Positions 10,276 through 19,747 of a stretch of DNA of 64,000 bases are shown here, one piece after another (within the stretch, counting starts at the first letter, position 1; every line of letters starts with the position of its first letter). Source of the DNA: Bacillota bacterium (GTDB lineage: Bacteria > Bacillota > Clostridia > DSM-8532); contig JAEXRM010000045.1 in the NCBI GenBank assembly GCA_023440865.1, positions 1,154 to 65,153 on the forward strand, read 5' to 3'. The position numbers and the translations under genes were made by a program. The notes beneath the pieces were generated by a model. That model did not search any database. It was not told the origin of the DNA and saw nothing but the letters and a program-made list of their open reading frames with translations.

Positions 10276-11577
10276 ATGCGCATGATCGACATCATCCAGG
10301 ACAAGAAGGATGGCAAGGCGCTTTCGGTCGAGGCAATCCGTTTTTTCACCGAGGGCATCGTCTCGGGTGCCGTGCCGGACTACCAGGCGGCGGCGCTGCT
10401 GATGGCCGTCTGTTTCCAGGGCATGAACCGCGATGAGACACTCGCCCTGACGATGGCCATGGTCGATTCCGGCGACCGGACGGACCTGTCCGCCATCCCC
10501 GGCGTGAAGGTGGACAAGCACAGCACCGGGGGCGTGGGAGACAAGACCACGCTGGTGCTCGCACCCCTCGTGGCAGCGTGCGGTGTGCCGGTTGCCAAGA
10601 TGTCCGGGCGGGGTCTTGGACATACGGGTGGCACCATCGACAAGCTCGAATCGATTCCCGGATTTTCCTGTGACCTGCCGCTCGAGAAGTTCCTGTCCTG
10701 TGTTCGCGTGCATGGCCTGGCTGTCGCAGGACAAACGGGGCACCTGGTGCCTGCCGACAAGAAGCTGTACGCGCTGCGCGATGTGACGGCCACCATCAGC
10801 AATGTCTCGCTGATTGCGGCGAGCATCATGTCCAAGAAGCTGGCCTCGGGAGCCGATGCCATTGTGCTCGATGTCAAGTGCGGCAGCGGTGCATTCATGC
10901 GCACGCAGGCGGAAGCTGCCACCCTGGCCCGCGCGATGGTCGACATCGGCAACGGTGCCGGCCGTCGGACGGTCGCGGTGCTGACCGACATGGACCAGCC
11001 GCTGGGCTGCGCTGTCGGCAATGCACTTGAGGTGCGGGAAGCGCTCGAGGTGCTGCATGGGCGTGGACCCGCCGATGTGCGGGAAATCTGCCTGGTGCTG
11101 GGTGCCGAGATGCTGGGGCTGGCCGGCAAGGGGGATGAGGCAACCTGCAGGGCTTTGGCGGAGCATGCGATCGATAGCGGCGCGGCATTGGCGAAGTTCC
11201 GTGAGATGGTGGCCGCGCAGGGAGGCGACCCCTCGGTGGCTGACCATCCCGACCGTCTGCCCGCAGCAGGTGTGCAGGCGCCATATCGGGCCCGCCAGGG
11301 AGGCATCCTGCGGCACGTCGTGTCCGACCAGCTCGGCATGGCTTCCATGGTGCTCGGCGCAGGCCGCAGGACCAAGGAGGAGTCCATCGATCCGGCCGCC
11401 GGCATCGTGCTGCTCAGGAAGCCCGGTGATCCCGTGGAGGCGGGTGAACCCATCGCCATGCTGCACACGGGCGATGCATCGAAGCTTGCGGAAGCTACAC
11501 GGTTGCTCGATGAGGCCATCGCACTCGGGGACGGGGCGTTCGAGCCGGTTCCCCTGATTCTCCAGACCATCCGCTGA
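10276..11577 (+). CDS. pdp: Pyrimidine-nucleoside (thymidine) phosphorylase
   Basis: MRMIDIIQDKKDGKALS.., HSTGGVGDKT and SGRGLGHTGGTIDKLE motifs are present. The gene directly follows deoB. Confidence 0.95.
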   Translation: MRMIDIIQDKKDGKALSVEAIRFFTEGIVSGAVPDYQAAALLMAVCFQGMNRDETLALTMAMVDSGDRTDLSAIPGVKVDKHSTGGVGDKTTLVLAPLVAACGVPVAKMSGRGLGHTGGTIDKLESIPGFSCDLPLEKFLSCVRVHGLAVAGQTGHLVPADKKLYALRDVTATISNVSLIAASIMSKKLASGADAIVLDVKCGSGAFMRTQAEAATLARAMVDIGNGAGRRTVAVLTDMDQPLGCAVGNALEVREALEVLHGRGPADVREICLVLGAEMLGLAGKGDEATCRALAEHAIDSGAALAKFREMVAAQGGDPSVADHPDRLPAAGVQAPYRARQGGILRHVVSDQLGMASMVLGAGRRTKEESIDPAAGIVLLRKPGDPVEAGEPIAMLHTGDASKLAEATRLLDEAIALGDGAFEPVPLILQTIR

Positions 11578-11601
11578 CAACCGGATCATGATGCCATGAA
11601 T

Positions 11602-11654
11602 AAAAACGCACCCGCATGTTCCGTGCAAAACGGGACGGCGGGTGCGTTTTGTTT
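11602..11654. terminator. Rho-independent terminator (bidirectional) after pdp
   Basis: ACGCACCCGC (11606-11615) pairs with GCGGGTGCGT (11638-11647). An A-run lies upstream and TTTTGTTT lies downstream. Confidence 0.7.
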
Positions 11655-11673
11655 AGCGGCAGGGTGAAACGTA

Positions 11674-12264
11674 CTACAGATCGAGGCCGTGAAATTTCGC
11701 GGTCAGCCTGTTCTCTTCCGTCAGAATCGCGAGCAGGCTCCGTACGCCGGGTTCGTCGATGATGAGGGAGAAGGCGGTGCAGACCCCCTTGATGAAGGCC
11801 GGTTTGATGCGTGGCGCGTCCGGCGTGGAGAGCAGGGGGCACATCGAAAAGGCGCGCATGTCGGGATCCGAACGAAGCCCGCCATCCCCGTCGATGAAGG
11901 GAAGCAGCGGAAAGATGCGGCAGGAAATGGGGCGGATGCGGCGGTCGCATTGACCGGTGCAAACCAGCAGCCTGATGGGGTCGGAGCGTTCCGGTATGTG
12001 GATTTCACTGTCCCTGACGGCCCATCCCTCCGGCAGTGCATGCGCCGGATACAGCACTTCCTCGCCTGGGAACAGCAGCATGCCGTCCTCCGGGCCACCC
12101 TGGCAGCAGCGTCCGCCGCACAGGGTGCCGCAATCTCCCGCGAGCGGCGTCAGCCGCTCCAGGGCGCGATGGCAGGAACGCCACACGGCTGCCGGGTCGT
12201 TCGACCTGTCATGCCTTCCTTCCGGCTTGTCTGTCCCGGGCCTGCCGGGCATCCGCCACTTCAT
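11674..12264 (-). CDS. YkgJ/UPF0153-like cysteine-cluster (Zn/Fe-binding) protein
   Basis: The Cys-rich pattern is CGTLCGGRCC ... CTGQCDRRIRPISCRIFP. Its ATG overlaps the SDR stop codon (ATGA at 12261-12264). Confidence 0.6.
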   Translation of the reverse strand: MKWRMPGRPGTDKPEGRHDRSNDPAAVWRSCHRALERLTPLAGDCGTLCGGRCCQGGPEDGMLLFPGEEVLYPAHALPEGWAVRDSEIHIPERSDPIRLLVCTGQCDRRIRPISCRIFPLLPFIDGDGGLRSDPDMRAFSMCPLLSTPDAPRIKPAFIKGVCTAFSLIIDEPGVRSLLAILTEENRLTAKFHGLDL

Positions 12265-13067
12265 GCCGCATACAGCCGGTTCACGAGAAAGGTGACCAGC
12301 CGCTCCGGAAGCAGGTTCCTCATGAACAGCAGCAGTGTGTAGCCGGCACCGACCGTGCGGCGCACGGGTGGATTCGGCGAGAGGGCGGTCTTGACGATTG
12401 CCTTTGCCACCTTGTCGGGGGAGACGCCATTCCTTTCGTCGCGCTCCATGCGGCGGATGGAACGTTCGAACCGTTCCCGATAAGCGTTTGCGGCAGAGGG
12501 AGCGGCTGCCTGCGCCGGACGGCGCGCATCCGTGAACCCGGTTTTCGTATCGCCCGGCTGCACGCTGCTGACGCGGATGCCGAAGGGACCGACTTCGCCG
12601 CGCAAAGCGGTAAGCGTCGCCTCCAGCGCCGCCTTTGTGGCGCTGTACCCCGCCTGGAAGGGGATGGCGAGTGGTGCCGCGACCGAGCTGACGCCGATGA
12701 TCGAACCGGAGCGCTGCGCACGCAGGATGGGAAGTGCGGCGCGGATGACCCGCAGGGCGCCGAAGTAGTTCGTGTCGAACTGCGCCTGCGCCTCCCCGAT
12801 GGAGGTGTCCTCTATGGCGCCGGCGATGCCCATGCCCGCGTTGAGGATCAGGATATCGATGCGCCCCTGTTCGGAGACGATGCGTCCGATGCCGGACATG
12901 ACATCGTTTTCGGACCGCACATCCATGGACAGCATGCGGATGCCGGGGACTTCCATCTGCCGGCGCGAGGTGCCATAAACGACATGACCGGCCTCGGCGA
13001 ACCGGATGGCGGTCGCCCGTCCGATGCCGGACGAGGCCCCTGTGACGAGTACGATTCGTTGATTCAT
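12261..13067 (-). CDS. Short-chain dehydrogenase/reductase (classical SDR)
   Basis: The TGASSGIGRA Rossmann motif, NAG and the YSATK catalytic motif are present. The RBS is GGAGGA. Confidence 0.92.
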   Translation of the reverse strand: MNQRIVLVTGASSGIGRATAIRFAEAGHVVYGTSRRQMEVPGIRMLSMDVRSENDVMSGIGRIVSEQGRIDILILNAGMGIAGAIEDTSIGEAQAQFDTNYFGALRVIRAALPILRAQRSGSIIGVSSVAAPLAIPFQAGYSATKAALEATLTALRGEVGPFGIRVSSVQPGDTKTGFTDARRPAQAAAPSAANAYRERFERSIRRMERDERNGVSPDKVAKAIVKTALSPNPPVRRTVGAGYTLLLFMRNLLPERLVTFLVNRLYAA

Positions 13068-13331
13068 CCTATCCTCCGGGCATTGCTTCCGGCATGATCC
13101 GGGTCATGCCTCCCGCCATGCGCCGACAGGTCATCCGGCGGATGTTGGGAACTGGGTTTGGGATCATGCGTGTTCATTGTAGCGGACGATGCGCCGCCGT
13201 GCAATCGCTGGCGGGCATCTGATTGCGGCGCGGCTGTCGGCACGGTTGCGCGCTCGCAACCCAAAACGGCTTGTGATACAATGAGCCAGTCGTCTTCAGG
13301 ACCAATGCCACAAACAAAGGAGAGGCGCACG

Positions 13332-14504
13332 ATGGATCTTTTCACGAAATGCGTGGAATTCACCAAGGCGGACGAGGTGATCGCCGCCGGGCTCTATCCG
13401 TACTTCCATGCGCTGGAAAGTCGGCAGGACACGGTTGTGACCATGGAAGGCCACCGCGTCATCATGATCGGTTCGAACAACTATCTGGGGCTGACATCCC
13501 ATCCCGAGGTCGTCCAGGCGGCGCATGGGGCGCTCGAACAATATGGCACCGGCTGTTCGGGCTCGCGTTATCTCAACGGCACACTGACCATGCACATGGA
13601 ACTGGAACGCGAACTGGCGGCCTTCGTCCGCAAGGAAGCCGCCATGACATTCAGCACCGGCTTTCAGTCGAATCTGGGCATCCTTTCGGCGATTGCCGGA
13701 CGCAATGACGTGATCCTGTGCGACAAGGAGAACCACGCGAGCATCTATGACGGCTGCCGTCTCAGCTATGCCTCGCTGGTGCGGTATCGCCACAGCGATA
13801 TGGCCGATCTGGAAAAGCTGCTTGCGGAGGTGCCGGACGACAAGGGCAGGCTGATTGTCACCGATGGCGTTTTCAGCATGGGCGGCGATATTGCGAATCT
13901 GCCGGAGATCGTCCGGCTGGCGCGCAAGTATGGCGCCCGCGTCATGGTGGATGATGCCCATGGCCTGGGCGTGATGGGTGCGAACGGCCGGGGGACGGCC
14001 GAGCACTTTGGCCTCGAGGACGAGGTGGACATCATCATGGGCACCTTCAGCAAGTCGCTGGCCAGTCTCGGTGGGTACATGGCGGCAAGCGAGCGGGTGG
14101 TCAACTATGTCAGGCACCACTCGCGCCCGTTCATCTTCAGCGCGTCCATTCCACCTGCAAACTGCGCCGCGGCCCTGGCCGCCTTGCGTGTACTCGCACG
14201 CGAGCCGCAACGCGTGCAGGCCCTGCGCGACGCGGCCGCCCACATGCGCCGCGGCCTGCGTGAGGCGGGCATACCGCTGTATGAGACGCAAACGCCCATC
14301 ATACCGATTCTGACGTATGACGACATGCGCACGTTCCAGATCTGCCGGACCCTGTTCGACGCGGGCGTCTATGTCAACCCGGTCATTTCACCGGCCGTTC
14401 CGCAGGGTCAGGCCATGATCCGCACCAGCTACATGGCCACGCACACGCCGGATGTGCTCGACGAGGCGGTCTGTATCATGCGGGACGTGTTCTCGAAGCT
14501 GTGA
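13332..14504 (+). CDS. PLP-dependent alpha-oxoamine synthase, serine-palmitoyltransferase-like
   Basis: GSNNYLGL, DDAHG and the GTFSKSLASLGGY PLP-Lys motif are present. The start at MDLF (13332) has RBS AAAGGAGAGG. Confidence 0.88.
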   Translation: MDLFTKCVEFTKADEVIAAGLYPYFHALESRQDTVVTMEGHRVIMIGSNNYLGLTSHPEVVQAAHGALEQYGTGCSGSRYLNGTLTMHMELERELAAFVRKEAAMTFSTGFQSNLGILSAIAGRNDVILCDKENHASIYDGCRLSYASLVRYRHSDMADLEKLLAEVPDDKGRLIVTDGVFSMGGDIANLPEIVRLARKYGARVMVDDAHGLGVMGANGRGTAEHFGLEDEVDIIMGTFSKSLASLGGYMAASERVVNYVRHHSRPFIFSASIPPANCAAALAALRVLAREPQRVQALRDAAAHMRRGLREAGIPLYETQTPIIPILTYDDMRTFQICRTLFDAGVYVNPVISPAVPQGQAMIRTSYMATHTPDVLDEAVCIMRDVFSKL

Positions 14505-14664
14505 CGGCTGCGTCAACGCACATGGCAAAGGGCTGTCCCGCCGCTTCCCGACACATCGTCCCATGCCGCGCCGCAGGTCCATGTGCGGATGCAGGGGGGG
14601 GATTGTCACGGATCCGGCGGAACAGCCCTTGTTCGTGCTTCTTGTCATGTGTGCGCCAGGACAT

Positions 14665-14687
14665 GAAAAAAGCCGGTCACCGGCTCC
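14665..14687 (-). terminator. Rho-independent terminator of abrB
   Basis: On the minus strand the hairpin GAGCCGGTGACCGGCT is followed by TTTTTT. Confidence 0.7.
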
Positions 14688-14712
14688 TTTCATGACAAAT
14701 GCTGTCGATGGC

Positions 14713-14955
14713 TCAGCCTTTTTTCAGTTCCGCCATGCACTCGGGGCAGATGTTCTTGCCCTTGTAGACCTTGATGTCCTTGGCGTTGTCGCAGAAAATG
14801 CAGGCGGGCTCATTCTTCTTCAAAATGATGGTGGCGCCGTCCACGTAAATTTCAAGGGCGTCCTTTTCCGCGATGTCGAGTGTGCGGCGCAGTGCGATCG
14901 GCAGAACGACGCGTCCGAGTTCATCCACTTTTCTGACAATACCGGTTGACTTCAT
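14713..14955 (-). CDS. abrB: AbrB/SpoVT-family transition-state regulator with C-terminal CxxC..CxxC
   Basis: MKSTGIVRKVDELGRVVLPIALRRTLDI is a near-textbook AbrB N-terminal swapped-hairpin domain. The C-terminus has CIFC...CPEC. Confidence 0.92.
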   Translation of the reverse strand: MKSTGIVRKVDELGRVVLPIALRRTLDIAEKDALEIYVDGATIILKKNEPACIFCDNAKDIKVYKGKNICPECMAELKKG

Positions 14956-15109
14956 ATTGGTACCCCCCGTTGAGGCAATGCCTCGTGTTGGTTTTGATGA
15001 TACCATATATTCCAATATGCGTCAACCCGATTGGGTGAGATGAAAGCCAAATAACAGCAGCTAAAACACGTTATGGATAGCATATGCGACAACCGACAAG
15101 AGAGAATAA

Positions 15110-15116
15110 TGTCGAA
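15110..15116 (+). promoter_or_regulatory. Spo0A-box (TGTCGAA) in the AT-rich abrB upstream region
   Basis: This is a perfect match to the 0A-box consensus TGNCGAA, about 155 nt upstream of the abrB ATG. It sits in a strikingly AT-rich intergenic region (15016-15280). Confidence 0.45.
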
Positions 15117-15354
15117 TTACAGCGAATATATGTGTAATGCCGTATCAAATCGAAAGAGCGACAAGTTTACAATAAGTATAATATCTATAAATGTAAAATA
15201 AATCAAGTTATATATGTAGTACAATATGGTAAGTGCCCGGCACTTGCAAATCCGGATTGGTTCAAGGATAATGGAGTCAGATTTTTACGGCATCCCGTGG
15301 GCGGACCGGACGGAATGTACGCAGCGATGGGCCGGATGACGACCGGGGGGACAT

Positions 15355-15561
15355 ATGAAAAACAATGGTGACGCACTGATGGAGTGCCTGGCGCTTTTGG
15401 GCCAGATGCGCGAAGACCAGCGGATCATCCTGGAACAGCAGCAGAAGATCCTCAGTGAACTCGCGGATGTGAAAATGCGCCAGAAACGGCTGCAGCAGGA
15501 GATGGATGGCGACGGAACCCCCATGGAGCTTCTGATGGCGCGGACGGGCTTCATCAACTGA
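15355..15561 (+). CDS. Small hypothetical coiled-coil protein (68 aa)
   Basis: The ORF has RBS GGGGGGA 4 nt upstream and a Gln/Leu heptad-like sequence. It lies immediately upstream of the two-component system. No family was recognised. Confidence 0.35.
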   Translation: MKNNGDALMECLALLGQMREDQRIILEQQQKILSELADVKMRQKRLQQEMDGDGTPMELLMARTGFIN

Positions 15562-15604
15562 CGGCAGGGTCCGACAGGTTGGCATGACATGCCGGGAGGC
15601 TCGC

Positions 15605-16294
15605 ATGACTACGGGGACGACGGTTCTGGTCGTCGACGACGACACGCATATCTGTGAATTGATCCGCATCTACCTTGAAAAGGATGGCTTTCGCGTCGTC
15701 ACCGCGCACGATGGACGGAAAGCCGTCGACATGTTTCGTGATACCGCGCCGGACATTGTGGTGCTCGACATCATGCTGCCCGGTATCGATGGCTGGCAGG
15801 TGTGCCGTGAAATACGCCGCTTCAGCCAAATCCCCATCATCATGCTCTCGGCGCGCGACGAGACGTTCAACAAGGTGCTCGGTCTGGAGCTGGGGGCGGA
15901 CGACTACATGGTCAAGCCGTTCGAGCCCAATGAGCTTTCGGCGCGCATTCGTGCCGTCCTCCGACGTTATGGGCGCCGCGATGAGGTGCAGGAACAAATC
16001 GTGTTTCCCGGCCTCTCGGTCAGCAAGGCCAACTATACGGTCCTGCTCAACGGCAATGAGCTCGAGTTGCCGCCCAAGGAGCTGGAACTGCTTTATTTCC
16101 TGGCATCGAACCCCAACAAGGTCTTCACGCGGGAACAGTTGCTCGAGAATGTCTGGGGGTTCGATTTCTACGGGGACACCCGCACTGTCGATGTTCATGT
16201 CAAGCGCCTGCGCGAGAAGCTCCAAACCGGCGAGGATGCGAAATGGCAGATCAAGACCGTCTGGAGCGTGGGCTACAAGTTTGAGGTGAGATGA
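15605..16294 (+). CDS. OmpR/PhoB-family response regulator
   Basis: The REC domain shows VLVVDDD...VVLDIMLPGIDG...KP, and the winged-helix C-terminus shows VDVHVKRLREKL..IKTVWSVGYKF. Confidence 0.95.
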   Translation: MTTGTTVLVVDDDTHICELIRIYLEKDGFRVVTAHDGRKAVDMFRDTAPDIVVLDIMLPGIDGWQVCREIRRFSQIPIIMLSARDETFNKVLGLELGADDYMVKPFEPNELSARIRAVLRRYGRRDEVQEQIVFPGLSVSKANYTVLLNGNELELPPKELELLYFLASNPNKVFTREQLLENVWGFDFYGDTRTVDVHVKRLREKLQTGEDAKWQIKTVWSVGYKFEVR

Positions 16295-17808
16295 TGCGAC
16301 GTTCCCTTTTCACACGGGTTGTCGCCATCCTGCTGGCCGTTCTGCTGGTGGGCATCGCCATCACGGGTGCCGTGTTCTGGTTTTTCATGGAAAACCGTGT
16401 CGTCGAGGACAAGGCGGCCATGCTCAGGCTTTCCGGCAAACGCGTCGTGGAGACGATGGGCATCTATCTGGAGAACCAGGACAGTGTCCTGGCACCCCTG
16501 CTGTTCCGCAGCCTGATTGACAGCATCGGTGACAATGCGGCATCGATGATCTGGATTGCCGAGTCCGACGGGACGCTTGTCATGACTTCCGAGCTGCCGG
16601 ATTGGCTCACCGAAAGGCTCGAGCAGGTCGGCGGCGGGCGTTTCCGATTGCAGGACGAGCGCCAGTACCAGCTGCCCGCCGGTTCAGAGGGCGATTTTCT
16701 CAAAGGCGACTATTTCGGCCTGTTCAAGGGGTCCGGCATCGAATGGCTGACCGTTCGCATTCCGTTCTCTTTTGCGGACATCTCTCCCTACGGTCTCGAC
16801 ATCAGTGGCGTCGTGCTGCTGCATGCGCGCATGCCGGAAATTCGCGCGACCCGCAATTCCGTGATCGCCCTGTTCGGCTTGTCCGCCGGCGCCGGCATCC
16901 TGGTTGCGCTGCTGCTGGGTTTCTTCTTTTCCCGGCAGCTGTCCTCTCCGCTGAGGCAAATGAGCCAGGCCGCGCGGCGCATCGCATCGGGCCAGTTTTC
17001 CGAACGGCTGACAATCCGCAGCCAGGATGAATTCGGCCAACTTGCCGGAAGCTTCAATGAAATGGTGGATGCCCTGTCCCATCTCGAGGAGATCCGGCGG
17101 GATTTCGTCAGCAATGTCTCGCATGAACTGCGCACGCCGCTGACCTCGATCAAGGGCTTCGTGGATGGCCTGCTCGACGGGGCCGTGCCGCAGGACCGGC
17201 AGCAGGAGTGCCTGCGCATCGTCCGTGACGAGACGCATCGCATGCACCGCATGGTCAACGATCTGCTCGATCTGACCAAGATGGAGTCCGGAAGCCTCTC
17301 GCTCACGCCGACGGTGTTCGACATCACCGAGCTGGTCCGCATCGTCGTCATTTCGCTGCAGCAGCCTCTCGAGGACAAGAACCTCGAGTTTGAGGCGGAG
17401 TTCGAGCGGGAACGCGTCTTCGTCCGCGCCGACCGGGATGCCATCCAGCGGCTCCTGCTGAACCTGATGCAGAACGCGCTGAAGTTCACCCCGGAGAGGG
17501 GGACCATTCGCGTGGCGATCCGTCTGGTGCGGGACAAGGCGGAGATCGATGTGGCGGATACGGGTATCGGCATCTCCGCAGCGGAGCTGCCCTTTGTCTT
17601 TGACCGCTTCTACAAGACCGACAAGTCCCGGAGCTCGGATCGCACAGGCGTCGGTATCGGTCTCGCCATCGTGCGGAGCATCATCCTGGCGCATCATGAG
17701 GACATTCGCGTCGCCAGCGAACCCAACGTCGGCACAACCTTCACCTTTACGCTGCCGGCCGTTCCGGATCCCTTTCCGCCAGCCGTGTACGACAAGGACG
17801 GGTTCTAG
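16291..17808 (+). CDS. Sensor histidine kinase (2 TM, HAMP, HisKA, HATPase_c)
   Basis: The H-box SHELRTPLTSI, N-box and G-boxes (DTGIGI, GVGIGLAIV) are present. The start overlaps the regulator stop (ATGATG/TGA). Confidence 0.95.
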   Translation: MMRRSLFTRVVAILLAVLLVGIAITGAVFWFFMENRVVEDKAAMLRLSGKRVVETMGIYLENQDSVLAPLLFRSLIDSIGDNAASMIWIAESDGTLVMTSELPDWLTERLEQVGGGRFRLQDERQYQLPAGSEGDFLKGDYFGLFKGSGIEWLTVRIPFSFADISPYGLDISGVVLLHARMPEIRATRNSVIALFGLSAGAGILVALLLGFFFSRQLSSPLRQMSQAARRIASGQFSERLTIRSQDEFGQLAGSFNEMVDALSHLEEIRRDFVSNVSHELRTPLTSIKGFVDGLLDGAVPQDRQQECLRIVRDETHRMHRMVNDLLDLTKMESGSLSLTPTVFDITELVRIVVISLQQPLEDKNLEFEAEFERERVFVRADRDAIQRLLLNLMQNALKFTPERGTIRVAIRLVRDKAEIDVADTGIGISAAELPFVFDRFYKTDKSRSSDRTGVGIGLAIVRSIILAHHEDIRVASEPNVGTTFTFTLPAVPDPFPPAVYDKDGF

Positions 17809-17912
17809 AATTCACAGTCTGTTCACACGCGCGTCAAATATTCCCGGTACAATGGGATCACACAGGCGGGAGAGGATCTCCCGGGCACGTTTGACAAGGA
17901 GCGTGGTACCAG

Positions 17913-19676
17913 ATGACAGATATCAATCGCAATGATCAGGAAACCGAAGGCGTGATCGACCCCAAGGTCGACGCAACGGCACAACCTGCTGCAAACCCGA
18001 CGGATGCCCAGAATACGGCCGGCACGGCCGCAACCGCCGAAGGAGCCGGCACAGCACAGAACGTCTGGCCATCCGCCCCGGAAGCAGCCGCCTTTCAGAA
18101 CCCCTGGCAACTGGGGTATGCAGGTACGCCGCAACAGCCATCCGCCTGGCAGCCCGGTCCGCAATCCGCTGCCCAGGCAGGACCACAACCGGCTATGCCG
18201 GGGTGGCAGGATCCCAGGATGATGGGATATCCCGCGCAGCCGTGGCCGCAACCACCGATGTGGGGGCAGGATCCCCGTGCCGGGGTTCGTCCGGCACAAC
18301 AGGGTCAGCCATACCCGCAACCGGGACCGGCAGGCTATCCGGGGGGATATCCCGGTGTTAACGCACAAGCGGGCGGACCGGGTCCCAAGCCCCCGAAGTC
18401 GGCCAGACGAGCGGAAGAGGACCGTTACGAGGAACTCAAGACGGCATCCTTCTACAACGAAAGCTATCGCAAGCCAGGCAAGGGACGCATGAAGGGACTT
18501 GTCGGCCCGATGATCGCCATCGGGCTGGTCTGTTCCATTCTCGGCGGTGTGGTGACCGGCGGCGTCATGATGCTGTACGGTCCGTTCAGCCGCAATGCCG
18601 CTGCCGGCGCGGTGGCAACCGCGACGACGGCTTCCGATGGCACCGTGCGCAAGGTGGAGATTGTCGACAAGACCGACGAGCCGGTGACCGCCATCGCAGA
18701 AAAGGCCGCCCCCTCCGTGGTCGGCATCAATGTCGAGTATACCTACAGCGATTCGTTCTTCGGCACCCAGGAGGGGGGCGGGCAGGGATCCGGCATCATC
18801 ATCAGCCAGGATGGCTACATCCTCACGAACAACCATGTCGTCGAGGCGGCAGCCAACACAGGAACCAGCCGCAAACGTTTCCAGAACACGGGGCGCATCA
18901 CGGTCATCCTGCCGAACCAGCCCGAGAAGACGTATGAAGCGTCCATCGTGGGGCTTGATGCGAAATCGGATATTGCGGTGATCAAGATCGATGCGAAGAA
19001 TCTGCCCGTCGCGGAGATCGGCGATTCCGAAAACCTCAGGATCGGCGAGCTTGCCGTCGCCATCGGCAATCCGGCAGGCCTCGAGTACATGGGGTCCGTC
19101 ACAGCCGGCATCATCAGCGGCTTGAATCGCGAGGTGGATACCGGTGACGGCAAGATGCTCAGGCTCATCCAGACCGATGCGGCCATCAGCCCCGGCAACA
19201 GCGGCGGCGCGCTTGTCAACGGCGAGGGCCAGGTCATTGGCGTGAATTCCTCGAAGATCGGCGGCACCAGCTACGAGGGCCTCGGCTTCGCCATCCCGAT
19301 CAAGGACGCCATGGAGATCGCCAACAGCCTGATGAAGGATGGCTTCGTCATCCGGCCGCAGATCGGCGTGTCCATCGACAACACCTTCACGGAGGATGTC
19401 GCAAGGGCCAACAAGGTGCCCGCGGGCGTGCTGGTCGGCGATGTGACGGCAGGCGGCGCTGCCGACAAGGCCGGCGTCCAGGCCTATGACATCATCACCG
19501 AGGTCAACGGCGTCAAGGTGACGACCTTCGACGAGCTGGAGGCCGAGAAGAACAAATTCGAACCCGGCGACAAGATCACGCTGACCGTGTATCGTATCCC
19601 CGAAGGCAAGCAGCCCGACCAGGGGGAGACGGTGAGGATCGAGCTGACATTGGGATCGACGGCTGACGCCAAGTAA
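17913..19676 (+). CDS. htrA: HtrA/DegP-type S1C serine protease with PDZ domain and long P/Q-rich N-terminal region
   Basis: The catalytic motifs are TNNHVV, DIAVIK and GNSGGALVN. A C-terminal PDZ domain and a TM segment (LVGPMIAIGLVCSILGGVV) are present, preceded by about 190 aa of Pro/Gln/Ala-rich sequence. Confidence 0.93.
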   Translation: MTDINRNDQETEGVIDPKVDATAQPAANPTDAQNTAGTAATAEGAGTAQNVWPSAPEAAAFQNPWQLGYAGTPQQPSAWQPGPQSAAQAGPQPAMPGWQDPRMMGYPAQPWPQPPMWGQDPRAGVRPAQQGQPYPQPGPAGYPGGYPGVNAQAGGPGPKPPKSARRAEEDRYEELKTASFYNESYRKPGKGRMKGLVGPMIAIGLVCSILGGVVTGGVMMLYGPFSRNAAAGAVATATTASDGTVRKVEIVDKTDEPVTAIAEKAAPSVVGINVEYTYSDSFFGTQEGGGQGSGIIISQDGYILTNNHVVEAAANTGTSRKRFQNTGRITVILPNQPEKTYEASIVGLDAKSDIAVIKIDAKNLPVAEIGDSENLRIGELAVAIGNPAGLEYMGSVTAGIISGLNREVDTGDGKMLRLIQTDAAISPGNSGGALVNGEGQVIGVNSSKIGGTSYEGLGFAIPIKDAMEIANSLMKDGFVIRPQIGVSIDNTFTEDVARANKVPAGVLVGDVTAGGAADKAGVQAYDIITEVNGVKVTTFDELEAEKNKFEPGDKITLTVYRIPEGKQPDQGETVRIELTLGSTADAK

Positions 19677-19690
19677 GGTGCGGTCCCCGG

Positions 19691-19747
19691 TTTCATTCGT
19701 CGCGTCCTCGGAGAGCGGCCCCCAATTTCATTCGTCGCGTCCTCGGA
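19691..19747. repeat. Tandem direct repeat (22-nt core x2, period 35 nt)
   Basis: TTTCATTCGTCGCGTCCTCGGA occurs at 19691-19712 and again at 19726-19747. The second copy runs into a GC-rich hairpin (19745-19782). Confidence 0.8.

Noticed and set aside
10240-11628. A 462-aa minus-strand ORF, plus the 396-aa ORF at 10380-11570.
   Set aside because: Both are antisense to pdp (thymidine/pyrimidine-nucleoside phosphorylase), which has clear motifs.
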